A DNA stretch of 62,649 nucleotides, filler included, from Anaerolineae bacterium (lineage in GTDB: Bacteria > Chloroflexota > Anaerolineae > Epilineales > Epilineaceae), in NCBI GenBank assembly GCA_029262755.1. It is 3 parts of 3 records of this genome, joined end to end, with 100 filler letters (N's around TTAATTAATTAA, not from the genome) between each part and the next. Parts side by side here need not be neighbours in the genome. Positions count along the whole stretch, not along the records: positions 28,032 to 55,371 come from JAJCYU010000032.1; 2 more parts are not named here. One strand, given 5' to 3'. Within the stretch, counting starts at the first letter, position 1. Each line of letters starts with the position of its first letter. The translations under genes were made by a program, and so were the position numbers. Under the pieces are notes generated by a model. The model saw nothing but the letters and a program-made list of their open reading frames with translations, was not told the origin of the DNA and made no database searches. Shown one piece after another: positions 30,633 to 41,348 of the stretch.

Positions 30633-30934
30633 GGCGATCCTCGCGCGTTCGGTGACGGCGTTCGGTGACGGTGTTCGGATCACCGAACTGCAGCACCCGG
30701 ACGCCCCACGGATGATCGGGACTCGCGTAGCAAGACTACGGATAGCCGCAAGCGCGGTAGCCGTCAGCAGGTGGTGCGCGCCCGGTACGTGTGGAGCTAT
30801 GTCGACCCGCCCGTCGCTCAGGGCCATGCGAAATCAGGTTGACAGCGCGGAGCTCGCGGACTACGCAATCGCCGGCGCACGACGGTGTGCGGCATCGATG
30901 AGCAAACTAACCCTGGGGGTTTGTTGTCCCGCCT

Positions 30935-33100
30935 TCACCGGCTGGCGTGGGGCAGGAAGGCCTGTGCCGTTCGGCCCGGGTCGGGCGTTTGTCCGTCGGC
31001 CGGGACGAGTTCGTACGCGGTGAGTGCACGGTCCACGCTCCATATGTAGCCGTTGGCAAACGCCACGTCGGAGGCAGCACTACCGAGGTCGGCCTCCGCG
31101 AGAATCGCAGGGTGCTCGCGTCGGGCGATGTCCACGACCGTGAGCCCGCCGCCGGTCTCGCTTGTCCACACGATCGCGAGGCGGTTCGCCCAGCGGGCAA
31201 CCCGACGGACCACGCCAGGCAGCTCGACTTCGGAAGCGAGTTGCGGCAGCGCTCGTGCCTCGCTTGCGAAGAGCAGCACACGACGACCGGCACCGGCTAC
31301 AACGACATCGCGGTACGCACCATGAAGGATGGTGCCGACGGGCACGGGGAGGGCTTCGCCCACGAGGTCGCTGTCACCCTCGAATGTTAGTTGGGCAGCC
31401 TGGAGCATCATGCCGCCCGCTGGTCCGTGCAGGAGCCAGATATGAGCCCGTTCCATGGCGGCGTCGACGATCGACAGACCCCATTCGCGGGCAGGATAAA
31501 TGATCTGCGGCTCAAACGAAGGCGTGCTGACCTCGTGAACGACGAGTGTACTTTGAGCGGGTTGCGACCACACGTTCCGCCAGGCAAGCACTCGGTTCGG
31601 CTCCGCGTTCAACAGCCGCAACGTCGATCTCTCGATCGGTCCGGGCACGTCCGCGAACAGCAACCGTTCCAAGGTGCCGTCACGCCCAAAGCGGAGGCTC
31701 TCTACTCCGCCCGGCTGAAGCGTGTGCACGTAGCCATCGCCGGTACGAATCATGTCGTACGCGGGATGTTCAATACGCACGTTGTGATCGATTGCAATGA
31801 GCCGCCAATCGTCGCCGTCGGTGGACTCCGCTCTCATCAGATCGCCATTCCGGTCCATGGCCCACGGGCCGTCTATCCCGGGCTCTACCTCGTGCAACGT
31901 GGCTACGCCCAGCGCCGGGCCGGTGGTGGAGCCGTTCTCGAACTCGACCCAGTACGACGAAGAGCCGCCGGAGACCCAAACTCTCGATCCTACGGTCACG
32001 GCGACAGGTAGAACGTACTCGCGTGAAGGGATTGGGTGGGCTTGGGACGGCATACCGGGGCGACTCATTTGAATCATCGTGGCGTGTTGGGTGAGGAACC
32101 AGTAGCCGTCACCGATAGCCCCGAAGCTGTGATAGGTGTTGGCCGGCATGTCTGTGGCCTCGGCTTCATGAACGCCAAGTGCACCCGATGTATCGAAAGA
32201 CACGGATCGAACGATTCCATCTGCCTGTCCGATATCGATCGCGCCGGGCCGGACCACCATGCCCAGGGGCGCGAAGCCCAACCACACTTCGTCGCCGAGA
32301 ACCGGGACACCACCTTCCTGCGTGACAAGCGTGCGTAAGACCCACAGGCCGGCGGTGTTTCGACTGGGTTGAATGATGGCCGCCAGGCCGTCGCTGAGGT
32401 CCGCAAGAAATCGGATGTCGCCGCGATCCTCCCCGCCCACACCGTCCTCCCAATCCGGCAAGCGTCGGGGGTCTTCTGGCCGCGACACGTCGAAGCGCAC
32501 GATGCGCTGCCGTCCGTCCAACAACCAGACCTCGTCGCCGACCCAAGCGGAGGCTTGGGATCGAATGCCGGGCAGCGCGACGCGGCCCATCTCTCGGATC
32601 TTCCGCGGATCGCGCGCGTCGAGCACGACAAGATCGTGTGTGCCCGCGACTACGATGCCTTCACGCACGGCCAAGGTGTCGATCGCCGTACCCAGCGGAG
32701 CCGATAAGCCGGACGGTCCGTCCCCCGGTGCCGCGTGCGCGTCGATCACGACAATGCGGGAGTGCAGAGCGGCATACACGCGCTCGCCTTCCGCGACCGG
32801 CACGGTCACGACGCCGCCGACTTCATGTGCGACGCGAAGGTGGTGGCTGGGTGACTGGACGGCAGGACGGAATTGGTGCGCCATCGCTGGAGGGAGAAGG
32901 GAACCGGGTCGGTCGGTGGCGTCGGGTGGGGCCGCGACGTGTGGAGGCCTCACCGCGACGACATTCGACGATGTCTGGGAGGCCGTGCTCGCGCCGCAGG
33001 CGATCGCGGCACCCACAAGAGCCGCCATGCGCGACGCGTGCGGCCTCAGCCGCGCCGATCGCCCCTTCGTCGGCGCGCGCCGTTCGTTCTCGACCGTCAC
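30935..33100 (-). CDS. Secreted LVIVD-like beta-propeller protein (paralog B)
   Basis: GTG overlaps the upstream stop (alternative ATG 33028); VLDARDP and VVDIARREHP repeats; C-terminal AFLPHASR. Confidence 0.75.
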   Translation of the reverse strand: MTVENERRAPTKGRSARLRPHASRMAALVGAAIACGASTASQTSSNVVAVRPPHVAAPPDATDRPGSLLPPAMAHQFRPAVQSPSHHLRVAHEVGGVVTVPVAEGERVYAALHSRIVVIDAHAAPGDGPSGLSAPLGTAIDTLAVREGIVVAGTHDLVVLDARDPRKIREMGRVALPGIRSQASAWVGDEVWLLDGRQRIVRFDVSRPEDPRRLPDWEDGVGGEDRGDIRFLADLSDGLAAIIQPSRNTAGLWVLRTLVTQEGGVPVLGDEVWLGFAPLGMVVRPGAIDIGQADGIVRSVSFDTSGALGVHEAEATDMPANTYHSFGAIGDGYWFLTQHATMIQMSRPGMPSQAHPIPSREYVLPVAVTVGSRVWVSGGSSSYWVEFENGSTTGPALGVATLHEVEPGIDGPWAMDRNGDLMRAESTDGDDWRLIAIDHNVRIEHPAYDMIRTGDGYVHTLQPGGVESLRFGRDGTLERLLFADVPGPIERSTLRLLNAEPNRVLAWRNVWSQPAQSTLVVHEVSTPSFEPQIIYPAREWGLSIVDAAMERAHIWLLHGPAGGMMLQAAQLTFEGDSDLVGEALPVPVGTILHGAYRDVVVAGAGRRVLLFASEARALPQLASEVELPGVVRRVARWANRLAIVWTSETGGGLTVVDIARREHPAILAEADLGSAASDVAFANGYIWSVDRALTAYELVPADGQTPDPGRTAQAFLPHASR

Positions 33101-35355
33101 CGCGCGAGCCACGGGATGAAAGCGCGGTGCGATTCCTGGAACGGTGGTGCGGTCGGCGTCGCGTCTGGCGGTGTTGGCGTCGGCGTCGCGGTGGAAGTGC
33201 CTGTGGGTGTCGCGGTGGAGGTTGCCGGTAGGGTCGAACCAGGCGAATTTGTGGCCGTTGGGGTCGTGGGAGCCGCGGTCGGCTCCTCGACGGGCTCCAG
33301 CGCGAAAGCGGTGAGCGCCGTGTCCGCGATCCAGATACGGTCTTGGGAGATGGCGACGTCCAAAGGCATCGCGCCCAAATGGGTTTCCGCGAGCACTTCC
33401 GGTCGGTCCGGGAAGGCGATGTCGATGACGCTCAGCCCACCGCCCTGTGCGCTCAACCACGAGATCGCCAGGCGATCTCCGTCCCGTGCGACGGGGCCGA
33501 TGGTGCCCGGGAATTCGATCTCTTCGAGAAGGCGGGGCTCGGGTAGATCGCGGAGTGATAGAAGCATGATGCGGTTGGCCGTGCTGGCCACGAGGATGCC
33601 TTCGTCGATGTCATGGAGTTGGGTAGCAGCACGAAAGAACAACGCGTTGCCGATGAATCTCCCGGGGCCGCCCCAATCCAGTTCCGCGCCGCGCAGCATG
33701 AAGCTCGGCCCGAGCCGTCCGGTGAACCAGATCTCGTCTCCGTTGAGCACGGCCGAGTCTAGAGAGACTCCCCATTCTGCGACAGGATCGATGGGCTCCG
33801 TGGGAACCACGTGCGGCGACTCGACGCCGTGGATGACCAGGGTGCTCTCAGCCGGGCGAGTCTGTGCGACGCGAAGAGCAACCACGCGACCGGGCTCGAC
33901 ATCGAGCAGGCTCTGGGTCGAGGGCTCTAGCTGGCTGGGCACACGCTTGAAGGACTCGTCGAGCAATTCTTGATGCGCGCCGAGGCGAATGCTGGTCACG
34001 CCTTTGGCATCCGTGTAGTGAAGCCAGCCGCCGGATGCGCGCACGGTCTGCTCGCCCGGAGCGTGAACGTGGGACACCCGGTTGATGGGAGCCAGCCGCC
34101 ACACGTCGCTCGCGTTGGATTTCACGTGAACGAGCCTCCCCTGCCAATCCACAGCCCAAGGGCCAACCGCACCGGGCTCGACCTCGCGCAGGGCCGACGT
34201 TGCCAGCGCAGGGCCGCGCGTCGCGCCCCGCGCCGGGTCGATCCACATTGACTCGGACTCCATCGACATCCAGATCCGGTCCCCGACCGGAAGCAGGTTG
34301 TGGGCGAAGGAAGCCGCCTCCGGTAGGGGCATGTTGACCACGGGCCGGCTCCGATCTTCCAGGTTTGCCATCCGTATGCTGGGCGGAAAGAGCGTCAAGA
34401 ACCAGGCCCACTCGCCCACGATGCCGAATCCGCTAGCCCGAGGAGCGAGGAATCCTAGGTCAACCTCGCGCCGTGGACCGAGCCGGCCCGCCTCGTCGAC
34501 CGGCACGAATGCGGCTTTGCCGGGATCCTGTCCCAAGACGAGCTCGCCGTAGCGGTAGGCCATGCCCAGGGGCTGGAAGTTGAGCGTGCTGGAATCTAGT
34601 TCGTCCACGTTGCCATCGCTACGTGCGGCAAGAATGCGCAGCTTGACGAAGCGGTTGCCGCGGGGAGACAGCTGAAGGATGGCGACACGTCCGTCCCCCA
34701 GTGACGAGACAAAGGCGATCTCCCCACGAGGGGCCGCGTCGGTTTCGTCCGTCCAGTCCTGCAAGCGACGCGGGCGTTCCGGAAGCGCGATCGAGAAGCG
34801 TACGAGCCGCGACTGATCGTCGCGCAGCCATACCTGGTCGCCCACCCATGTGGCCCCCCGTGCACGGATACCGCGATTGCTCGCGCGCCCAAGTTCACGA
34901 ATGAAGTTCGGATCGCGGGCATCGAGCACGATGAGATCGTTTGCGGCCACCACGACAATTCCGTCGCGTACGGCCAGCGCGTGAATCGTGGTCCCGAGCG
35001 GCGCGGACATGCCAAGCAGCGCCGCATCCGGATCCGCGGTCGTGTCGATCACCGCGACCCGCGAGCGAAGCGCCGCATACGCGCGGTCGCCGTCCGCGGC
35101 GGTCGCAGCAACGATGCCGCCGAGTTCTTGGACGATGCGGAGGTGGTGGTCCGCGGATTGGCTCGTGGTGCGCGCCGCTGAGCTACGTCGCAACGCCTCG
35201 CTCGAATCGACAGTCGCCCGTGAGGGCGCGGCGCCGACAGCACGGACGAGTGCGGTCGTGGCGGCGAGGCACACGAACGCCGCAAGCACACACGGGGCCG
35301 TGCCCGCTCGAACGGGCGGTGATCGTCGTCGAAGTGGTAGCCACCGACGGTGCAT
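33097..35355 (-). CDS. Secreted LVIVD-like beta-propeller protein (paralog A)
   Basis: Signal peptide; collinear with paralog B; PT-rich linker; C-terminal AFIPWLAR. Confidence 0.78.
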   Translation of the reverse strand: MHRRWLPLRRRSPPVRAGTAPCVLAAFVCLAATTALVRAVGAAPSRATVDSSEALRRSSAARTTSQSADHHLRIVQELGGIVAATAADGDRAYAALRSRVAVIDTTADPDAALLGMSAPLGTTIHALAVRDGIVVVAANDLIVLDARDPNFIRELGRASNRGIRARGATWVGDQVWLRDDQSRLVRFSIALPERPRRLQDWTDETDAAPRGEIAFVSSLGDGRVAILQLSPRGNRFVKLRILAARSDGNVDELDSSTLNFQPLGMAYRYGELVLGQDPGKAAFVPVDEAGRLGPRREVDLGFLAPRASGFGIVGEWAWFLTLFPPSIRMANLEDRSRPVVNMPLPEAASFAHNLLPVGDRIWMSMESESMWIDPARGATRGPALATSALREVEPGAVGPWAVDWQGRLVHVKSNASDVWRLAPINRVSHVHAPGEQTVRASGGWLHYTDAKGVTSIRLGAHQELLDESFKRVPSQLEPSTQSLLDVEPGRVVALRVAQTRPAESTLVIHGVESPHVVPTEPIDPVAEWGVSLDSAVLNGDEIWFTGRLGPSFMLRGAELDWGGPGRFIGNALFFRAATQLHDIDEGILVASTANRIMLLSLRDLPEPRLLEEIEFPGTIGPVARDGDRLAISWLSAQGGGLSVIDIAFPDRPEVLAETHLGAMPLDVAISQDRIWIADTALTAFALEPVEEPTAAPTTPTATNSPGSTLPATSTATPTGTSTATPTPTPPDATPTAPPFQESHRAFIPWLAR

Positions 35356-35473
35356 GATCGCTATCGCCTCCGAGAAGTGGGTGCGTCGCAGGCTACGACG
35401 TCGAGAGGAGAGGTCTGGGGATGGGTGTAGTTCCAGCTTGGCCGACCGGACCATCAACCTGCCCAACGAACAA

Positions 35474-35498
35474 CCCCCCGTCCTTCACGGACGGGGGG
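35474..35498 (-). terminator. GC-rich hairpin downstream of the last FG-GAP gene
   Basis: CCCCCCGTCC-ttcac-GGACGGGGGG perfect 10-bp stem; weak U-tract. Confidence 0.55.
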
Positions 35499-35580
35499 CT
35501 GATTGTGTTCGTGTTCGTGCTCGTACTGCTGCCGGTAGATTGGGGTGTCCGGCGCCGCGTACGTCCGGTGTGAAGAGTGG

Positions 35581-37209
35581 TTACTGGACGAACGGACCGA
35601 AGAGCACGGGGAACCGCGACTCCCGGTCGATGCCCGGGTGCGAGCCGAGGAGCACGTCCTCGATGCCGTCCCCGTTGAAGTCGCCGATGGCCCAAGGTTG
35701 AATCGAGGGATCGGCGTCCCAAACGTGGTTGGCGGGCACACGGGACAGGTCCAGCACCGAGCGCTGAACCGTGTCGGCCGTCGTGAACAGGTGAATCGGC
35801 TCAAACTCCGCGGACGGTGTGTTGCCGCGGGACGGAGCCTGCTGGTTGAACGGATCGTCCAGCCGGTCTTCCGGGATGAGCGTGAACATCAGATCGCGCG
35901 TGCCGTCGCCGTCTACGTCAAAGCGTTGCCACGTGCGGCTGATGGCCAAACCGGCGGTACCGGCGCGCATCAGGATGCGATCGGAACGACCGTCCATCAA
36001 CCGGCTCTCGATGCCTTCGCCACCCAAGAAGATGTGGGTCTTGTCCGAGAACTCGAAGGCGACGTCCGCAACGTCATCATCGTTGAAATCTTCGATGAGG
36101 GCGCTGGGCACGCGCTCGAAGAGCGTGCTCGGGATGACGGCATCGGGGGGGCGATAGTAGCCCGCAACCGGCGGTGGGCGACGCGGCTGGCCCGGGTCGG
36201 GCGGCGGGCGATCCGGGATCGCGCCACGTACGGCGAGCGGACCGCGCAAGCCGTCCTGCTTACCTTCCACGTAGCCAAGCTGGTCCGGCACGCCGTCGCT
36301 CGCGCAGCGGCGCGTGACCAGGTCGCTCAGGCCGTCACCGCTGACGTCGCCGACGCCGACCAAGCTGCGCTCGCATTGGCCGAGGCCCTCGACAAGCGCG
36401 TCATCGCGGAACGGACCGCGATCCACCCAACCAGCTGGGCGGTCCAACTCCTCGTCCGCATCCTCCCAGAAGAGCCACTCGCTGTCGCCGTACATGACGG
36501 CGATGCGGCTGTTGCCTTCGCGGATGGAGCGGCTGATGGTGCGCGCGGTGCCCACGGGGGCCGTGAGGAACGCGATGTCCGGCGGGTCCGCGGCCATGAT
36601 CAGGTCGAGATGACCGTCATGGTTCAGATCAGCCCACTCGATGGTCAGAACCGAGGCAACCGTGGTGTCCATGCCCTCGGGCAGCGGAACACGGCGGTCA
36701 AGCTTGCGGTCACCGCGGCTGGCTTCGCCGATGTAGAAGTACGGTTCCCACTCGGTGCGACCGAAGAGCATCGAGACCTTCTGATGCTCGATCAAGTCGA
36801 TTCCCTTGCGCGACGACTCCGCGAACGTGATGTCATCCATCCCGTCCCCGTTGATGTCCGCGACGGCAATGGATGCCGTCCGGTTGCCGCGACTGAGATT
36901 GAACGTCACGGCCGGATAGTAGAACGTGCCCTCCGCGTCATCGTCGAAGGGGCCGAGCAACATCTCAACCCACCTTGTCGATGTGGAGGTCACGGGCAGG
37001 AGGACGGCTTGGAAAAGCACGTCGTCGTAGCCATCTCCGTTGAAGTCACCCACACCGACGGCGCCGTACTTGGCGATGTTCTCGTCGAGTTGGATGACGG
37101 TGTCGAATTCGCGGTCTACCCGCGTGGTCTCGGCCATCGCTGCCTGGGCCGATACGGCCAGTAGCATGGCCACGGCTAGCAGCGCAAGCCCTCGTTGGGT
37201 CCAACGCAT
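35581..37209 (-). CDS. Secreted FG-GAP repeat protein (copy 4)
   Basis: Signal peptide from ATG 37209; GDFNGDGYDD, ADINGDGMDD and DVSGDGLSD Ca-binding repeats. Confidence 0.85.
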   Translation of the reverse strand: MRWTQRGLALLAVAMLLAVSAQAAMAETTRVDREFDTVIQLDENIAKYGAVGVGDFNGDGYDDVLFQAVLLPVTSTSTRWVEMLLGPFDDDAEGTFYYPAVTFNLSRGNRTASIAVADINGDGMDDITFAESSRKGIDLIEHQKVSMLFGRTEWEPYFYIGEASRGDRKLDRRVPLPEGMDTTVASVLTIEWADLNHDGHLDLIMAADPPDIAFLTAPVGTARTISRSIREGNSRIAVMYGDSEWLFWEDADEELDRPAGWVDRGPFRDDALVEGLGQCERSLVGVGDVSGDGLSDLVTRRCASDGVPDQLGYVEGKQDGLRGPLAVRGAIPDRPPPDPGQPRRPPPVAGYYRPPDAVIPSTLFERVPSALIEDFNDDDVADVAFEFSDKTHIFLGGEGIESRLMDGRSDRILMRAGTAGLAISRTWQRFDVDGDGTRDLMFTLIPEDRLDDPFNQQAPSRGNTPSAEFEPIHLFTTADTVQRSVLDLSRVPANHVWDADPSIQPWAIGDFNGDGIEDVLLGSHPGIDRESRFPVLFGPFVQ

Positions 37210-37448
37210 GGTCCCTAACCTCCGTATTGTTCGGACGCAATTCGCGTCGTTCGGTGGACACCCCTGCCATTCGCCGCAAAGTGCGCGTGGCATGTAGTTT
37301 GACGCAGCGGACGTCCCAAGGGGGACGGCGGGGGTCGAACCCATTTTCCACGGGGACAGCATATTCCGGCGAAGGTCTTCTACCAGTATAACAAACTTGC
37401 GACGATGAGGATTGCTCGTACTTCTGATCCACGTCCGCGGAACCGTGT

Positions 37449-39227
37449 TCAACGCACAATCGGCCCGTGCAGAATGCCGATCAGCCCCACGGAGTCCTGC
37501 GGATGCGAGGCGACCAACACGTCCTGCACCCCGTCTCCGTCCAGGTCATGAATTCCCGCCAGGTGGAAGCCTTCGTGCCGCCAGATGGTGCGAGCCGGAT
37601 CGTGCCGCAGATCGATCACGCTCCGCGTCCGCCAGCGATCGGCAACGATGTGCAGGGGCTCCCCCGCGGGCACCGTATCGGGATGTTGGGTAGAGTCCGT
37701 ACCTTCGACAACTCGCCGCCGTGCAAGGAGTAGTTCTGCGCCAGGCTCACCGTCGAGCTCCGCGGGCGCCCAGGAGCCGCTGAGGGCGGCCCCAGCCAAC
37801 GTGGCACCCAAGATGACGCGGTCGGAGCGTCCGCGCTTGAGACGCGAGGCGATGTCGGGACCGCCGTTCCACACGTGCATCTCGAAGCCGGTCGTCAAGA
37901 CAAGGTCCGCGATACCGTCGCCGCTCAGATCACGCGCGAGCAGCGGCGGCGGCGCGGCCATCAGGCGCGAGGGCGGTGCCGGGCGCCGTTTAACGAAGCC
38001 CGAATCGATCGGATCGATGGACGTAGCGATGGACGGGCTTGCGGCGATCGCAGCACCATCTGCGCTACCGGCGCGTACTCCAGCAGTCGCTCCGGCAGCC
38101 GCATCGGAGCCCGGTTCGGGGCCCGGGCGAGGCGCAAACTCATCGTCCACGACGATGCGATCCGGCCAGTCTTGCCTACCGAGCACGATGTCGGGAACGT
38201 CGGGCACGCCACCGCCGGCGCAGCGGCGGACGAGGAGCTCGGGACGACCGTCTCCCGTGACGTCGGCGACATCGCCCAGGCTCGCGGCGCAGCGCCCGAG
38301 CCCCGTGATGAGCACATCGACGCGGAACGGGCCGCGATCGACCCAGCCTGCCTCGAGTCCAATTGAGGGATCCCCGGCTTGCCAGAACAGCCATTCATCG
38401 TCACCGAACATGATGCCGATCTCGCTCTGCTCTGTGCTCTCTAAACCCGGCTCCAGCGAGCGGCGGGCAGGAGGAGGTGGCGGATCCGCGGCGACGATCA
38501 GATCGACGTGGCCGTCCGCGTTGAGATCCGCGAGGCGTACTGTCAGGCGCGAAGCGGCGCTGCGTTCGGTACCTTCTTGGAGCGGAACTAGCCACTCCAG
38601 CTTGCGATCACCACGCGATGCCTCCCCGACGTAGTAGAACGGCTCCCAGCCCGATCGCCCGAACATCATGCTGACTTTGCGATACTCCACCGCCTCGATG
38701 CCGCGCCGAGAAGCCAAGGCGAACACGAGGTCGGAAGACTCGTCACTATTCATGTCGCCCGTGGTCACCTCGAAGGCTTCCTCGCCAGGGCTCAATATGA
38801 ACGTTGTCTTGAGTCGACCCCACACCACGGGTCTCTCCGTTCCAAATGGACCTTCATGCACTTCCAGCCACCGGGTCGAGACCGCGGAATGGGGCCGCGC
38901 GACAGCCTGCAGCAATAGGTCGGGCGCTCCATCCGCCGTGAGATCCTCGACGGCCCGCAGCGCGTACTGGGCCACCTCGGAATCGACGGGCACGACGACA
39001 CCGGGATAGCGGCTGTCCGCCGGATCCTGCGCCAGCGCATGTCGCGCCGCGGCATTCGAGACGGCCATGGCGAGGCACGCGAGCAAGACGGGCGTGACGA
39101 CACGCCCGACGCTGTTGCGCTTGCCTCGGCTCGGCGTGTCGAGCGCGTAGCGCACGTCGAGCACGTCGCGCACGTCGCGCGTATCGCTCCTATCACGGAC
39201 TGGTTCTGCGCCGCGCCGAATCCTCAT
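37449..39227 (-). CDS. Secreted FG-GAP repeat protein (copy 3)
   Basis: ATGA overlap with copy 2; DLNADG, DVTGDG and DLDGDG repeats. Confidence 0.85.
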   Translation of the reverse strand: MRIRRGAEPVRDRSDTRDVRDVLDVRYALDTPSRGKRNSVGRVVTPVLLACLAMAVSNAAARHALAQDPADSRYPGVVVPVDSEVAQYALRAVEDLTADGAPDLLLQAVARPHSAVSTRWLEVHEGPFGTERPVVWGRLKTTFILSPGEEAFEVTTGDMNSDESSDLVFALASRRGIEAVEYRKVSMMFGRSGWEPFYYVGEASRGDRKLEWLVPLQEGTERSAASRLTVRLADLNADGHVDLIVAADPPPPPARRSLEPGLESTEQSEIGIMFGDDEWLFWQAGDPSIGLEAGWVDRGPFRVDVLITGLGRCAASLGDVADVTGDGRPELLVRRCAGGGVPDVPDIVLGRQDWPDRIVVDDEFAPRPGPEPGSDAAAGATAGVRAGSADGAAIAASPSIATSIDPIDSGFVKRRPAPPSRLMAAPPPLLARDLSGDGIADLVLTTGFEMHVWNGGPDIASRLKRGRSDRVILGATLAGAALSGSWAPAELDGEPGAELLLARRRVVEGTDSTQHPDTVPAGEPLHIVADRWRTRSVIDLRHDPARTIWRHEGFHLAGIHDLDGDGVQDVLVASHPQDSVGLIGILHGPIVR

Positions 39228-41059
39228 CGGATCAGCGGCCCGCGCAGGATGCCCAGATGCGCCGTGTCGGCAAGCGCGGCGGTTCCCACGAGCAGGTCCA
39301 CGAAGCCGTCACCGTCGAGGTCGTCCATGCCCCACAACTGCAGATCGTCATCTTGCCAGATGGCGTCGGGTTCATCGTTGGCCATGTTGATCACGGTCCG
39401 CGATCGCCAGCCTTCGCCGAAGACATGTAGCGCTTCGGCCGGGGGTGGTGGGCTGTCCACTGGAAGCGGACTCGCCGGGTCGGGGCGGCGCTTCGCCAGG
39501 AGCAGCTCCGCGTCGCCGGTGCCGTCGAGATCGGCGGGCGCCCAGGCGCGGGTCAGCTCGGCGCCGGCGAGTGAGGCGTCGAGGAAGACGCGATCCGAGC
39601 GGCCGGACACCAGCCGCAGCGGCAGGCTGCTACCGCCGAGCCAGACGTGGAGGTCCGTGCCCGTGCCGAGGATCACGTCGCGAATGCCGTCGCCGTCGAT
39701 GTCGCGCGCGAGCAAGGGGGGCGCGCTGACCATGAGGGCCGCGTCGGGATCTCCTACGTGCGGCACTTTGAGATAGTCCAGGCCGGCTGACGATGGGAAG
39801 AGCGCGGGAACGGAAACGCGGGAACCCAGATCGAAGAGTCCCGGAAACGCGGGGAGCTGAGGGCGTCGTGTGCTCTGAGAGCCAGGCAAACCTGCGGAAC
39901 GCGGCGAAACAGCCTCTCGTTGCGCCGGTGCGGCCGGTCCGCGCGGCGGAAGGTTGGTCTCGCGACTCGGCGCGGGGAACACCCCGACCTCGTCTACCGC
40001 GCCTTCGACCCGGACCTGATCCGGCCACTCCGTGCGGCCCTGCACGATGCCGGGGAGATCGAGCAAGCCACCACCCGGACATCGCCGGATCAGGATTTCT
40101 GGCAGCCCGTCACCCGTAACATCCGCGATATCGCCGAGGCTCGATGCGCAGTGGCCGAGGCCGGTGATCAAGACGTCGACACGCAGCGGCCCGCGATCGA
40201 CCCAACCGCCTTCCCGGCCTAGGTCGGGATCGGACTCCTCCCACGTTAGCCACTCGCCGTTGCCGAACATGACGGCGATCTCGCTCTCGCCGTCTTCGGG
40301 GAGGGGCGCGTCAAGCGGGCCGCCGTTCAAGGGCTGTGGCGGGTCGGCTGCGACGATCAGGTCCTCGAAGCCGTCGCCGTTGAGATCCGCCATGCGGATC
40401 GTCATACGCGATGGGAATCTCCTGGGCGCGGCTGCGGGAATTGGAACCCTCCACTCGAACTTGCGGTCGCCGCGAGTCGCCTCGCCGACATAGTAGTAGG
40501 GTCCCCAACTCGTTTTGCCGAGCAAGAAGGCGATCCGACGGTGCTCGAAATTATCTATGCCGCGCCGGCTCGCCTCGCCAAATACGATGTCCTGTATCCC
40601 GTCGCCGTTTGCATCGCCAAGGACGAGGGGCATGGATTCGGAGCCACGAGAGACGTTGAAGGTGGTCATCGGATAAGAAATCGTGCCCGAGATTGCGCGA
40701 CGAGTAGGGGACGCATGAAGCTCAAGCCATCGTTTCGCCATAGGCCCAAACGGTCTCTGCACGGCCTGAATGAGCAAATCGGGCACCCCATCGCCCGTCA
40801 TATCGCCGATCGCACGCGGCGCATAGTGTCCGACCTCTCCATCGAAGAACATCGACGCGTCCGGTGCGCGGTCGATCGTTCGGGTCTGCGCCACGACGGT
40901 TTGCGGCGAGAACGCACCGCGGAGCGAGCCCAGCAGGAGCGCGAGCAAGAGGAGGAGCACGCCCTGCCGCGGACGAAGCGTTCGCGACCTCGGCACCGAT
41001 GGCCGCGCGCCGCGAATCGTGGCGGGTATCGCTGTCAGATCGATCGTTGGGTTGGTCAT
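39224..41059 (-). CDS. Secreted FG-GAP repeat protein (copy 2)
   Basis: GGAGG RBS before ATG 41059; hydrophobic signal; DMTGDG, DANGDG and DLNGDG repeats. Confidence 0.85.
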   Translation of the reverse strand: MTNPTIDLTAIPATIRGARPSVPRSRTLRPRQGVLLLLLALLLGSLRGAFSPQTVVAQTRTIDRAPDASMFFDGEVGHYAPRAIGDMTGDGVPDLLIQAVQRPFGPMAKRWLELHASPTRRAISGTISYPMTTFNVSRGSESMPLVLGDANGDGIQDIVFGEASRRGIDNFEHRRIAFLLGKTSWGPYYYVGEATRGDRKFEWRVPIPAAAPRRFPSRMTIRMADLNGDGFEDLIVAADPPQPLNGGPLDAPLPEDGESEIAVMFGNGEWLTWEESDPDLGREGGWVDRGPLRVDVLITGLGHCASSLGDIADVTGDGLPEILIRRCPGGGLLDLPGIVQGRTEWPDQVRVEGAVDEVGVFPAPSRETNLPPRGPAAPAQREAVSPRSAGLPGSQSTRRPQLPAFPGLFDLGSRVSVPALFPSSAGLDYLKVPHVGDPDAALMVSAPPLLARDIDGDGIRDVILGTGTDLHVWLGGSSLPLRLVSGRSDRVFLDASLAGAELTRAWAPADLDGTGDAELLLAKRRPDPASPLPVDSPPPPAEALHVFGEGWRSRTVINMANDEPDAIWQDDDLQLWGMDDLDGDGFVDLLVGTAALADTAHLGILRGPLIR

Positions 41060-41241
41060 CGTAGGCCTCCCAGCCAGGGCAGCGAGAGAGACGAGCTTGC
41101 TTGGACGCGCTCGAGAGTCGAGCATCGGGTTTTCCGGCTACCGTGCGCGACTGTGGAGCGGCGCGCGGAATCGCCGTAAGAAGGTGGACGCAAGGCAGTG
41201 CGGATTGGGGACGGCCGCAGGCGAATCGTGCGGAATATGCG

Positions 41242-41274
41242 ACGAGGCCCCCCGCAACACGCGGGGGGCCTCGT
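41242..41274 (-). terminator. Perfect 14-bp hairpin between FG-GAP copies 1 and 2
   Basis: ACGAGGCCCCCCGC-aacac-GCGGGGGGCCTCGT. Confidence 0.6.
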
Positions 41275-41348
41275 TCATTTCATGCGATGGTGACTGCCTC
41301 GTCCGTCGTACTCGCCAGGCGAGCGACGACAGTATTCGCATTAAGTGC

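Noticed and set aside
33101..33460. Extended start for the ORF 30935..33460
   Set aside because: It would overlap 360 bp of the upstream paralog; the GTGA coupling at 33097-33100 is more plausible.
37440..37450. GAACCGTGTTC as a third SOS box
   Set aside because: The spacer is 3 nt rather than 4, and it is not upstream of a repair gene.
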